From a virus: 64,000 nt of DNA. Of this stretch, positions 37,083-46,357 are shown piece after piece; the first letter of the stretch is position 1, and every line of letters starts with the position of its first letter. The stretch lies in the IMG/VR virus record IMGVR_UViG_3300033981_002321, positions 1 to 64,000 of that record; one strand, written 5' to 3'. The position numbers and the translations under genes are program-made. Under the pieces are notes generated by a model. The model was not told the DNA's origin. It was given only the letters and a program-made list of their open reading frames with translations, and searched no databases.

Positions 37083-37262
37083 ATGTCTGTCGATCTTGAA
37101 CAGCTCGCTCAAGAGTCTGCTTTGTTTCCCTGGTTAGATAGTGACTGCATGGCGGATCATGCGGTAGATTCAATATTTGTTGATCCCGGTTTCTGCAGCG
37201 AGGACTTCCTCGATGAAATCAGCAGCCTGAGAGATTCGGAGGATTTTGGAGACTTCGAGTAA
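37083..37262 (+). CDS. 59-aa highly acidic microprotein
   Basis: MSVDLEQLAQESALFPWLDSD...EDFGDFE*. Confidence 0.65.
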   Translation: MSVDLEQLAQESALFPWLDSDCMADHAVDSIFVDPGFCSEDFLDEISSLRDSEDFGDFE

Positions 37263-37313
37263 ACTGTAATCTTTCTCGCCCCTAGCTTGATTTTCACTTC
37301 ATCCTTCTCTACC

Positions 37314-37577
37314 ATGGCAATCGACTATCGACAATTTGTTGACGACCGAGTTATTGAAATTGTTCGCATTGGAGTGGGCGAACGAGATATTAGAGCAAGT
37401 CGCCACTCTGATTTCAATGACATTAATCCTAGGCAGTGGGATTTAATTGCCCCCGCCGTTTCAAGATATATCGCTCCCGTTGTCAAAGCAGCCGGTTTTC
37501 CACTGACAATCTCTTTGTTGATCGGTATTCAGAAAGAAGCTGCTCGTTTTATCAGAGCGGAGGGAGAGGCGAAATGA
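37314..37577 (+). CDS. Hypothetical early protein
   Basis: FNDI....WD motif; start MAIDY. Confidence 0.65.
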   Translation: MAIDYRQFVDDRVIEIVRIGVGERDIRASRHSDFNDINPRQWDLIAPAVSRYIAPVVKAAGFPLTISLLIGIQKEAARFIRAEGEAK

Positions 37578-37915
37578 ATGTTCGCGATGAATTTGCTGTC
37601 ACTCAAATACGAAAGGCAAACCTTGCTTACATCAAGAGCATTGATGATGCTGCTGCTTTGTTTCGAGAGGGCACGCTGGAACCTTTCTGCAAAGAGAATG
37701 AAATTGATTTCATCTCTGGGGCGGAGAAGTATTTCTTTCATCGCCCATCAGAAGATTTCTTCGTAGCAGGAGAGGGCGACATTCTCTCTCTCCCGCCAGA
37801 CTGGCTAGCGCTTGGAAATGAGCTGAGGGGCTTATTCTCCGTGCTTGATGAGGATCTTCTCAACGGTCGCCGATTTGGCAATCATGTGAGAAGTGTCATT
37901 GAGATTCCTTTCTGA
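37574..37915 (+). CDS. Hypothetical early protein, distant paralog of 45199..45585
   Basis: PFCK....F.SG shared motif. Confidence 0.6.
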   Translation: MNVRDEFAVTQIRKANLAYIKSIDDAAALFREGTLEPFCKENEIDFISGAEKYFFHRPSEDFFVAGEGDILSLPPDWLALGNELRGLFSVLDEDLLNGRRFGNHVRSVIEIPF

Positions 37916-37944
37916 TTTTTACTTCACTCAATTGCTTTAGATCA

Positions 37945-38340
37945 ATGTCTACTTGCTATTTCGGGGCGAAAATGAATCAAGCTCCCGAGCAAAAACTTAC
38001 CTGGACAAATCTTTCCCGTGGTTTCCAAGGGGGATTTCATACCAGTGACGAGATCACTGTGTTTCAGCTGGGGGCGGAAAGATCAACAATAACTTTCCTG
38101 GTGAAAGAGTTTGACGCTCACGAGTCGAACGAATCCTTCTTTGTTCTGCTTTGCACAATCAAAGATTTTCGCTTCGATGATTGTACTCTTGAGAGCAATT
38201 GGTGTTTGGGCGAGGATTTCTATCAGGCCCAGCACGCGATTGACTTCGCGGATCATGTGGTCGAGAGTTACAGAAAGTACGGGGATCTTTCGAGGTTGCC
38301 AATGAAGGACCTGGACCATTGGGCTTTTGACCGTCTTTGA
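37945..38340 (+). CDS. Hypothetical early protein
   Basis: TAGATCAATG start. Confidence 0.7.
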   Translation: MSTCYFGAKMNQAPEQKLTWTNLSRGFQGGFHTSDEITVFQLGAERSTITFLVKEFDAHESNESFFVLLCTIKDFRFDDCTLESNWCLGEDFYQAQHAIDFADHVVESYRKYGDLSRLPMKDLDHWAFDRL

Positions 38341-38553
38341 TTTCCATGAAAAAAGCTGATTTTGGTTTTTCTGTTGGTTCTGTTTTTGCTGATGGTAGCA
38401 ACAACCGGTGGAGAGTTGTTGAGACGAAATCCAATTGCGTTATTCTGCAGAGCTTGTATTTGAACAATCCCAAAACAATGAGGATAAAGCCTAGTCGTCT
38501 GCTCAAGTCGTTTACTCAACTGAACTAAGTTTTGCTAGCAAGTTCTTGCTTGC

Positions 38554-38630
38554 TTTTATTTGTGCTTGACACCGCACCCGTCATGTGTTACAATTAAAAC
38601 ATGGCGGGCAAGGTATGCTCGTCTTTGTTC
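38554..38630 (+). promoter_or_regulatory. Early promoter 5 + 5' hairpin
   Basis: TTGACA(38566)-17-TACAAT(38589); GGCGGGCA-aggta-TGCTCGTC. Confidence 0.85.
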
Positions 38631-38649
38631 ACTTTCTTTTTTCAGATCA

Positions 38650-38967
38650 ATGACAAAACAAGATTATGAATTGATCGACCTTGTGGTTGATCGAATCAAC
38701 TGGGACAAAATCCAGTCTATTTTTTCTTTTCTTGACTGGAAGTGGGCGATTGTTGGAACCAGCGAATACAGGGTTCCGCTTGTTGCAGACCTGAGAGAAC
38801 AAGCTTCTCGACTGTGCAGAGAGGCAATTTGGCAAAAGACAACTGTTTCCGCTGGTGGGCTCGAAGCTAAGTACAGCGAACTTGAGGACAGGCGTGTTTT
38901 GTCGCTTCGCTTGGTAGTCAACGAGGTTTCCGAGACTGATTACCTGCAGTCTTTTTACGACAGGTAA
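38650..38967 (+). CDS. Hypothetical early protein
   Basis: CAGATCAATG start; LDWKW...VP....LR..A..L....GG..A motif. Confidence 0.7.
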   Translation: MTKQDYELIDLVVDRINWDKIQSIFSFLDWKWAIVGTSEYRVPLVADLREQASRLCREAIWQKTTVSAGGLEAKYSELEDRRVLSLRLVVNEVSETDYLQSFYDR

Positions 38968-39209
38968 TCTCACAAGCCAAAATCAATCAATTCGTTTTCA
39001 CCATGCAAGCCATCAACAACTTTCTCGCCAGCAGCAAATTTCCCGTGGCCCTTGCGGTTCTTGCGGTTTTTCTTTTGATTCTCGGATCTTTCTGGGGTCA
39101 AGAGAAGCAACTGATGCAGCGTTGCGAGCAAAGAGACAATGTTGTTTCTTGCCGCCTTCAGATTGTGGGGCGCTGATCTTTTCACTTTTTTCATTTACTT
39201 CTTCTCGCC

Positions 39210-39746
39210 ATGACACTTCTTTCTGGAATCGACTACGGCCACAAAATGACGAACATCGACAGCGAAACAGGTATTCGCTATGGGGTGATTAATAGCAACA
39301 GATTGGCTTCTCACGCTTGGGATGAGATAACCGCCAGCGGTACAGATTTGGATTATCGAGATGCCATCGAGGGATTGACCCAAGATTTGACCAACAGCCT
39401 AAAATCTGTCTTGGCAGATTATGACTCTGGCTTTGACTGCAGGCAGGCCGCAGAAGGAATTGTGGAAGAGCTGGACCTGAATCTTGAGTCTACCGGCGAT
39501 TGCACCAGATACGAATACTCTGATGACGACGTAACTTTCACGGTCTGCTCTGACGGAGATATTTTCGTAACCAAGTCTAAGTTCTATGCGCTCCGTGGGT
39601 TTTGTTCGCCGTGTGCGCCGGGGGCGGGACATTTGGAAAGTGACGGCGAGGTTATGACGTATTGCTTGGGGCCTGATTGGTTTGACTCAGATAACCCAAT
39701 GCCGTACTCCTGCTTCAGTGTGGAAAATGACGCGGAGGTTGCCTAG
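39210..39746 (+). CDS. Conserved acidic phage early protein
   Basis: NID.ETGIRYGVI ... CSPCAPGAG.L ... YCLG..WF. Confidence 0.8.
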   Translation: MTLLSGIDYGHKMTNIDSETGIRYGVINSNRLASHAWDEITASGTDLDYRDAIEGLTQDLTNSLKSVLADYDSGFDCRQAAEGIVEELDLNLESTGDCTRYEYSDDDVTFTVCSDGDIFVTKSKFYALRGFCSPCAPGAGHLESDGEVMTYCLGPDWFDSDNPMPYSCFSVENDAEVA

Positions 39747-39748
39747 TC

Positions 39749-39958
39749 ATGATTGATTACGACCATCGCTTTCAGTTGAGATTTTTCTGCATTGAGGAAG
39801 ACGATTCTATAAATTATGTCTCGGAGGGCTTCTTTGAGACACTGGAGCAGGCTCTTGATCGTCTTGAAAATATAGGCTCTCGATGGATTTTCTATCCCCA
39901 TGCGGATATTGTTCATCAGGGCAAAGTCGTTGAAACCTTTATTTCCCCAGAGCAATGA
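39749..39958 (+). CDS. Hypothetical early protein (GSRWIFYP)
   Basis: ORF track. Confidence 0.65.
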   Translation: MIDYDHRFQLRFFCIEEDDSINYVSEGFFETLEQALDRLENIGSRWIFYPHADIVHQGKVVETFISPEQ

Positions 39959-40551
39959 TCGAATCCTTCAAGGTCAATCAGCTTACAGTCGAGATCCATC
40001 AAGACAGCGATCCCATGGACCCTAGAGAGTGGGATAATGTTGGCAAGATGGTTTGCTGGCATCGCAGGCATCTTCTCGGAGACGAACAGCCAAAGTGCTC
40101 GCCGTCCGAGTATTTGTTTCAATTGATGCGTGAAAGAGAGTTCGACAAATATCGAAAGTATCTGCCCGATGAAGAAGTCGTGGGCGAGGAAAACATCAGA
40201 AAGTACATCGAGAAGCATTTTTATGTTTTGCCGCTGTATCTTCACGATCACAGTGGAATCACGATGTCAACTTCTAGGCTTTCCTGCCCCTGGGATAGCG
40301 GGCAAGTTGGGTTTATTTACGCTCCGATGGAGTGTGACGAATATCCTGACATGGAGAAAGGATTAGTTGGAGAAGTCGAGATCTATGATAAGTATCTGCA
40401 AGGCGATTTTTATGTTTACGACATAAAGGATGAGCATGGCAACGTGCTCGATAGCTGTGGGGGTTACTGCGATTTTTCCGATTGCAAAGAGCAGGGCGGG
40501 ATTGAGGCTGAGTCTTTGTCTCAGAAGCTTTGCGTTGCTGCTGGTATCTAG
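39955..40551 (+). CDS. Conserved phage early protein
   Basis: DPREWDN, LPLYLHDHSGI, WDSGQVGFIY, DSCGGY motifs. Confidence 0.8.
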   Translation: MIESFKVNQLTVEIHQDSDPMDPREWDNVGKMVCWHRRHLLGDEQPKCSPSEYLFQLMREREFDKYRKYLPDEEVVGEENIRKYIEKHFYVLPLYLHDHSGITMSTSRLSCPWDSGQVGFIYAPMECDEYPDMEKGLVGEVEIYDKYLQGDFYVYDIKDEHGNVLDSCGGYCDFSDCKEQGGIEAESLSQKLCVAAGI

Positions 40552-40557
40552 TTTGTC

Positions 40558-40660
40558 GGGGGCGAAAAGTAAAAGTCTCTTTTATTTGTACTTGACATTC
40601 GCCCCTGCGTAAGGTACAATTAAGACATGGCAGGCAAGGTCTGTCATGTCTTGTTTCTTC
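40558..40660 (+). promoter_or_regulatory. Early promoter 6 with a GGGGGCG box + 5' hairpin
   Basis: TTGACA(40592)-17-TACAAT(40615); AAGACATGGCAG...CTGTCATGTCTT. Confidence 0.85.
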
Positions 40661-40669
40661 ATTTTTATC

Positions 40670-40825
40670 ATGAAAACAATTCATCTGACTGTTCAGCTTC
40701 GCATCAATGACAATGCTGATCCGTACGAAGTTGCGGAAAATCTTGATTACAGTTTTACGCACGAAGACATTCTCGACACCGAGATTGTGAATGTCTGCGA
40801 CGAAAACAACGTAGACATTTTCTAG
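40670..40825 (+). CDS. 51-aa acidic microprotein
   Basis: MKTIHLTVQLRINDNADPYEVAENLDYSFTHEDILDTEIV...DIF*. Confidence 0.7.
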   Translation: MKTIHLTVQLRINDNADPYEVAENLDYSFTHEDILDTEIVNVCDENNVDIF

Positions 40826-40856
40826 TTTCTGCTCTTGCTGTTTATTTTTTTCTGCT

Positions 40857-41288
40857 ATGGCAAACGATCTCTGGCCCCATGGTTTTCCTGGGGAAGATTT
40901 TGAGCAGTGGATCTCAAGCTGCCCAGTCGAATGGATAAGATTGGAGGTTGCTGAGGGCTCGGCAACTTACAAGTTTATCCTGCCCGAGCAGGAGGACGAC
41001 GACGAAGAAAAAGGTCCATTCGAGGCCTATCTTCTTGTGGAAGATTGCCGAACTGGGCAAGAGTGGGTTGTGGAGTTTGACGAAGATTCCACACTTGATC
41101 TCAGGGAGCAGGTTGAAGCATGGGCCGAAGAAGAGTTCTGCGGAGAGTTGAGGATCGCTGGTGAATTAACGCCAGCCCTCCAAGGCGATTATTACGCCCA
41201 AATCAAAACAGATTGGAGCCCGAAAAGCTCTGTTGTTTGCTGGGAGTCTGGGGGATTTTACCTCAGGGAATCTCAGCCTCCTTTCTAG
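40857..41288 (+). CDS. Highly acidic early protein
   Basis: ORF track; D/E-rich. Confidence 0.7.
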   Translation: MANDLWPHGFPGEDFEQWISSCPVEWIRLEVAEGSATYKFILPEQEDDDEEKGPFEAYLLVEDCRTGQEWVVEFDEDSTLDLREQVEAWAEEEFCGELRIAGELTPALQGDYYAQIKTDWSPKSSVVCWESGGFYLRESQPPF

Positions 41289-41309
41289 TTCCTTTCTATT
41301 GGTTTTAAC

Positions 41310-41552
41310 ATGTCTACTTACGAGCAACAAGATCCTTTTGGTATTTCAGTCCTGGAAAAAGCAAGCAAGACCTTTCCGGGTTTCGCAATTACAATTTCTC
41401 ATTTACCTGTCAAGGTCAATGACGAAGTTTGTGAGTATCAGTGGTTCGGCACCGTTTACAATGTTCAGATGGAGGTGGTTTTCGAGGTCTCCCACTGCGA
41501 CTGTCTTGAGGAGGTTTTGTTTGAATTGTCTCGCCAGATGGCTTATTATTAA
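41310..41552 (+). CDS. Hypothetical early protein
   Basis: ORF track. Confidence 0.6.
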   Translation: MSTYEQQDPFGISVLEKASKTFPGFAITISHLPVKVNDEVCEYQWFGTVYNVQMEVVFEVSHCDCLEEVLFELSRQMAYY

Positions 41553-41630
41553 CGCAATTCTTGACCTCTAGTTGCAGAATCCTAGCCCTCTTTCTAGTTT
41601 TTAACTCTTTTCATTTTTACCCATTTTACA

Positions 41631-41975
41631 ATGGCTCTCATCACTTTTGACTACAAAATTTCTTGGGACAACTTCCAGGATCTTTGCTGCACCGCTGGTT
41701 TCGGCGGTATCGACGGGTGGGCCCACAAGTGGCACCTGAACAAAGAAAACAGAATGTTTACGATTGTGGACGAAGAGTTAGTACATCACTATGTTTCTCA
41801 GGCAAAGGTTGAGCAGGTTGTTGCCGATCTCTATAATCGCAAGAAGCCTTGCCCAGAGACAACCTGGAAGTCTATTGAGTGGGCAGTTCTCGAAGATGAG
41901 TACGGGGAGATTGATGCAGGCGATGTTGACATCATCTTTCAGTATGCTTGCTTTGGGGAGATTGTTTATGGTTGA
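41631..41975 (+). CDS. Conserved phage early protein
   Basis: IDA.D.DII.QYA.FGEIVYG C-terminus. Confidence 0.8.
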   Translation: MALITFDYKISWDNFQDLCCTAGFGGIDGWAHKWHLNKENRMFTIVDEELVHHYVSQAKVEQVVADLYNRKKPCPETTWKSIEWAVLEDEYGEIDAGDVDIIFQYACFGEIVYG

Positions 41976-41982
41976 GTTTGTT

Positions 41983-42100
41983 GGGGGCGGATAAAACAAA
42001 GTACGATTTATTTGTACTTGACACCGCCCCTTGCATGTGTTACAATTAAGGAGTGACGGGGCAAGGTCTGTCACTCTTTTGTTGTTTTTTTCTTTTTTCA
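41983..42100 (+). promoter_or_regulatory. Early promoter 7 with a GGGGGCG box + 5' hairpin + U-tract
   Basis: TTGACA(42018)-17-TACAAT(42041); AAGGAGTGACGG...CTGTCACTCTTT. Confidence 0.85.
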
Positions 42101-42112
42101 TTTTTTCAAGCC

Positions 42113-42544
42113 ATGAGTTCTGTGGTTTTTTCTTCGGCTTCGGCCACCTGTTCTATTCCGCCCTCTCTTGCAAGTGTCAACGAAATTGCGCTATCCGTCT
42201 ACGATTACTTGGTAAATCATCCAGAAGAAATCAATGACGACCTCAATGATCTTGGCGATGACTCGGATGAGTTTGTCGAAAACATCAGCAGCTACTTAAG
42301 TCTTGATCGAGGCGTTCTTCAGATTGGCTATTCGACCGACGAGTCATTTAATGACAACTCGGCTGTTTTTGATTTTCTCTCGCATCATTTTTCCTGTTTG
42401 CAAACCTCTCTTTTTATGAAGGTTGTCTGGATTGTCGCAGACACTAAATCCTATTCTGCGGGGACGGATTACTACGACAGATCGGGGCAGAGGATTAACG
42501 TGGATTTTATACTAGCCGGTGTTCTTGGTAGCATCACATACTGA
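42113..42544 (+). CDS. Acidic early protein
   Basis: Internal ATG after the promoter leader. Confidence 0.7.
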   Translation: MSSVVFSSASATCSIPPSLASVNEIALSVYDYLVNHPEEINDDLNDLGDDSDEFVENISSYLSLDRGVLQIGYSTDESFNDNSAVFDFLSHHFSCLQTSLFMKVVWIVADTKSYSAGTDYYDRSGQRINVDFILAGVLGSITY

Positions 42545-42571
42545 TTCTTTCCCACTTGTTTCTCAAGACTC

Positions 42572-43258
42572 ATGAAGACCTACAAGCTTCAAATCAGAGA
42601 GCATTTCGAGTTTGGCGGAAACGGGATCGTCTTTGTTGGCGGTCTCGGTGGCCGGGATTATTTTGAGCCTGGTCTGAGCGGCGAGCAGATTGCTCACGAC
42701 ATTCTTGAGCATCCGGCAGCCCCACACCCAAATGGAATCATCGACGAATTACTGGCTTTAGGGGGTTTTCTTGCTGGAAGAATCCAACATGGTTATATGA
42801 ATCCGGGCGGGAGAGAATTGTCAATGGATGATCTTGGATCGGATATTTCCTTTATGGCAAAGAGCTGCCTTGATAATTCCGTGCCTTTCTGTGCCAAGCC
42901 TTGCAATAGTTTTCTCAGAGATTCCGAGACGATGGAGGCTATCAGGAAGTCCGTCGTGGGCGGACTCAGAGAAGCGTGGCAGGAATATTGCGACAACAAA
43001 ATGCTGGAAAACAACAACATTGAAGATCTCTTCGATGTAGATTCCACGGTTGGCTGGATCTGCAAGGGAGTTCAGGTGTTCAGGAAGAGATTTTCTTCCG
43101 TGAGCATTTTTGATTTATCAAATTACTTGTTTCCCGCCATTGCAAAAGAGTGCGACAAGTGGCTGCAGGGCGATGTTCAAGTTGGCGATGAGGCAAAGTT
43201 GATTGTTGATATTTCTGGAATGAGAGCGGAGCTAATTGAAGAGCGCGACTATTATTGA
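42572..43258 (+). CDS. Early protein (AHDILEH...DEL.ALG motif, possibly metal-binding)
   Basis: ORF track. Confidence 0.7.
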   Translation: MKTYKLQIREHFEFGGNGIVFVGGLGGRDYFEPGLSGEQIAHDILEHPAAPHPNGIIDELLALGGFLAGRIQHGYMNPGGRELSMDDLGSDISFMAKSCLDNSVPFCAKPCNSFLRDSETMEAIRKSVVGGLREAWQEYCDNKMLENNNIEDLFDVDSTVGWICKGVQVFRKRFSSVSIFDLSNYLFPAIAKECDKWLQGDVQVGDEAKLIVDISGMRAELIEERDYY

Positions 43259-43264
43259 TTGTGT

Positions 43265-43370
43265 GGGGGCGGGAAAATGAAAGTATGATTTGTTTGTACT
43301 TGACAGCGCCCTCTGCATAGTGTATAATTAAGACAGGTGGGCCGAGGTCTGCCTATTTTCTGTTCATTTC
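43265..43370 (+). promoter_or_regulatory. Early promoter 8 with a GGGGGCG box + 5' hairpin
   Basis: TTGACA(43300)-17-TATAAT(43323); AGGTGGGC-cgag-GTCTGCCT. Confidence 0.85.
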
Positions 43371-43379
43371 TTTTTTCTC

Positions 43380-43742
43380 ATGTCAGTCAAGACTTTCGAC
43401 CAGCAACTTTTTTCCCGCACTCTGGGAAATTGCGAGATTGAGTTCTGGGCCGATCCCTTCACGCGAGGTGAGTTCAACGAGGCTGCTGATAAGTGGCTGG
43501 AAATACTCAATGAGTGCCAGCTGAGGGGGACCTGGCAAATAAACGGGCTTCGATTTATGGGCGAAGTCTGCGAGACGATTTCTGACACCAGGGGAATTGT
43601 CTTTGAGGTCAAGAAAGATGAGGGGCGGTGGAAGTTTGAAGCCTCCTGGAATGGTCAATTATTGTCATTTGACTTTGGGGCGTATGATTTTGCCCCACGC
43701 CCAGCGATTGTCGCTTCCGTCAGGGCTTTCTTTTCCTGCTGA
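43380..43742 (+). CDS. Hypothetical early protein
   Basis: ORF track. Confidence 0.7.
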   Translation: MSVKTFDQQLFSRTLGNCEIEFWADPFTRGEFNEAADKWLEILNECQLRGTWQINGLRFMGEVCETISDTRGIVFEVKKDEGRWKFEASWNGQLLSFDFGAYDFAPRPAIVASVRAFFSC

Positions 43743-43798
43743 TTCTTCACAAGCCAAATTGCCTTCAGCGGAGATAGGCACCGCACATTTTTAGATCA

Positions 43799-44050
43799 AT
43801 GACGCAAACTATCTGGGTTACAGAGCTGGAGCTTCAGGGATCCAGTGGCTGGGATTGGCGTTACAGCAAAGAAGAGGCTTTGGATGTTGCGAGAAATGAT
43901 TTCAAGGTATGCGCCGATGCCCCCGATTTCTTGGGCTTCGCTTTTCATCGGATGGAAGTTGCGGAGGGGTTGGATCGTGATCAAATTCAAGCATACCTTG
44001 AGGACGCAGGGCTGATCTTTGATCGCACTGATATTCAAATAAACAACTGA
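43799..44050 (+). CDS. Hypothetical early protein
   Basis: TAGATCAATG start. Confidence 0.7.
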   Translation: MTQTIWVTELELQGSSGWDWRYSKEEALDVARNDFKVCADAPDFLGFAFHRMEVAEGLDRDQIQAYLEDAGLIFDRTDIQINN

Positions 44051-44085
44051 ACCTTCCTCCATCCTTACTCATTTCTTTTAGATCA

Positions 44086-44613
44086 ATGACTGCTCAGCCA
44101 TCTTTTCATTGCATCGCCAACATCGGTGATGCCACCCCACTTGTTTATGGCGGGGCTTTTGTTCTTGTCGATCTTCGGGGCTGCTACGATCCCGAGCTTT
44201 TGATTCTTGAGCCAGAAGGAAGTGATCGCTATGGCGATCCTACAAGTTGGGAGCGTTACGCGATCATCTGTGATCGACTGACGGCCATCAAGAATAAGAC
44301 GGGCGAATATGTAGCGCTATCCGACAATCCATTCCATGTGGATCATCCTGCATGGTTTGGAACAGAAGAAGATTTGCAATCTCTTGCAAGTTTTGCTGGC
44401 ATGTCTGTTCACGAACTTGTACTTGAAGCCACTTCTTCAAATCCCGTGCATCGGGCAAGTTTTTATCGAAGACTGCTCGACTGTCATGGCCCTGTCAATT
44501 TTGAAGCGGAGCCAGAAGAGATGAGCAGGAAAGAAGCCAAGGCACTTTGCTTAGCCATGGCGGGGCAAATTGTAGAAGCCAGGTCGTGGCACGATGGTTG
44601 GATAATTGAATAG
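44086..44613 (+). CDS. Conserved phage early protein
   Basis: ANIGD..PL.YGG.FV; TAGATCAATG start. Confidence 0.75.
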   Translation: MTAQPSFHCIANIGDATPLVYGGAFVLVDLRGCYDPELLILEPEGSDRYGDPTSWERYAIICDRLTAIKNKTGEYVALSDNPFHVDHPAWFGTEEDLQSLASFAGMSVHELVLEATSSNPVHRASFYRRLLDCHGPVNFEAEPEEMSRKEAKALCLAMAGQIVEARSWHDGWIIE

Positions 44614-44648
44614 CATTTGAACTTGTATTTTCTCGCCCCCTCTCCACA

Positions 44649-44855
44649 ATGTTCAGCTTAGTTCAAGCCTTTCGTGTCAACGGACTAAAAGTTGAGATCA
44701 TGATGGATCTCGACAACGAAGAGAGTCTTCCTGGGCAGCTTGGAAGTTACTGCTACTTTGTTGATCTACAGGAAGCGGCTTCCGAGTGTTGCTTCGGCTT
44801 CGACTCATTTCTTGAGTGCATAGCAGAAGCAATAAGAGTTGCTGAATCGTTTTAG
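44649..44855 (+). CDS. Small acidic protein
   Basis: ORF track. Confidence 0.6.
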   Translation: MFSLVQAFRVNGLKVEIMMDLDNEESLPGQLGSYCYFVDLQEAASECCFGFDSFLECIAEAIRVAESF

Positions 44856-44894
44856 TTTTCTTTTCTCGCCCCCCATCATTTCTTTTGCCCCCCC

Positions 44895-45164
44895 ATGGAA
44901 AGTCTCACCATGCTTGAGCTATCTAGAAAGATTGCTCACTTCGAGAAGTTGCTGCAGCGCTATAGAAGACTGAAGGACTGGTACAAAGTTGATAGAGTCG
45001 CCGATCAACTGGAAAGACTCCAGGAGAGACATGACGCAGAACAGAGAAGGCTGCAGCACGAACAAGATATGAAGGAGCTTAGCGACTGGTACGATGATGA
45101 AAAGAACAGAGATGCCTATACTTCAAGAATCATAGACGAGCAGTTTTCTGATATGGTTGTTTAG
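44895..45164 (+). CDS. Coiled-coil small protein
   Basis: ORF track. Confidence 0.6.
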   Translation: MESLTMLELSRKIAHFEKLLQRYRRLKDWYKVDRVADQLERLQERHDAEQRRLQHEQDMKELSDWYDDEKNRDAYTSRIIDEQFSDMVV

Positions 45165-45198
45165 CTTACAGCTTCTTGCCCCTCTATCAATCCTCATC

Positions 45199-45585
45199 AT
45201 GGACTCTGATAAGATACAGAAAAAGATTGAAAAAATAGAAGAGAAGGCCAATCAGCAGGTTGACAATCTAGCAAGAGAATACTTTGATCAGGTAGTTGTT
45301 CCTTTTTGCAAGAAGTATAGCTTGACGTTTACAAGTGGCATGGGCCTGCTTGCATTTAGCTTCGATGAATATGATTTGATGTTTCACGCGGCCAGCGACA
45401 TTCCCGATGCTGAAGACATCGCGGAAATTCACGAAGAAGACCTGTGCGGATACGAAAAGTTTGCCTTAAAGTTTCCGGGGGCGAAAAAAGAGATGGAGGA
45501 AATTTACAAGGTTGTCTACTTAGTAGTCTTTGAGTTTGAGCTTGGTTTTAGTATGCCGTGCTATAATCCCCGAGTGATCATTTAG
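45199..45585 (+). CDS. Hypothetical protein
   Basis: Internal ATG MDSDK. Confidence 0.65.
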   Translation: MDSDKIQKKIEKIEEKANQQVDNLAREYFDQVVVPFCKKYSLTFTSGMGLLAFSFDEYDLMFHAASDIPDAEDIAEIHEEDLCGYEKFALKFPGAKKEMEEIYKVVYLVVFEFELGFSMPCYNPRVII

Positions 45586-45623
45586 TTTACATTTTCTCGC
45601 CCCCCCATCACTTCCTTCCCATC

Positions 45624-45986
45624 ATGTCTACTTTATTTGATCTCGCCCCCAACAACCAAATACGCGCAATTACTTTGCGCCTAGCCCTGATAAAGCATCG
45701 GGGCGACATTGAGGCTCAGCAACGAGAGTTCAAGCCATGGGGCGAAACAGAATATCAGCAAAAGATAGAAGAGATTGATGGATTCTTGTTTTACATAGAT
45801 CAAGCGGTGAGGGACGAAAGGTCTATCAGTGCGGAGATTGTTTATCCGCTGCCAGAGGTTGGCAAGGTTTATGGGCAGTGGAAAGTGCTCAAGCTGCAAA
45901 ACGGTCTTGTTGTCGCCACCAGTTCTATTGACGAGGCGACTGAGTGGGTTATGAGCATCGCTGAGTTTTGGAGGAAAGCAAAGTAG
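45624..45986 (+). CDS. Hypothetical protein
   Basis: ORF track. Confidence 0.65.
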   Translation: MSTLFDLAPNNQIRAITLRLALIKHRGDIEAQQREFKPWGETEYQQKIEEIDGFLFYIDQAVRDERSISAEIVYPLPEVGKVYGQWKVLKLQNGLVVATSSIDEATEWVMSIAEFWRKAK

Positions 45987-46357
45987 TTTCTTTCTTTCTT
46001 AAATAGTGTGTGTCTGCGCTGTGCTCGTAAGAGCATGGCGCATTTTTCTTGGCTTTCTGCAACTTAAATCAGCAAACACTTTGTCCCCGCCCCCCTCATC
46101 TCTTCAATCCCCGCCCCCATCGAGAATCGCCTGCAAGGCTGTTTGCCCCCTTGGCAAGGTGTTTCCCCGTCAAAGAGGTTAGAGGGCTGTTCCTGAGGCT
46201 CCTGGGCGTCGATCCGAGAGATTGCCAGCAGCAGAAGAAAGCGTCGGGGGCGAGAAAGAGATTCTCCATCAAAGATTGCAACTTCTTTGTCTTTGAAGTA
46301 GATTCTCGAAGTAATTGCAGGGAGCGAGTGAGCTACAAAATTAACAGTGCTTTGCGA

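Noticed and set aside
28604-43370. Dispersed repeats as a CRISPR or integron attC array
   Set aside because: Spacing is kilobases, cores are sigma70 promoters, and there is no integrase or attC R/L box pattern
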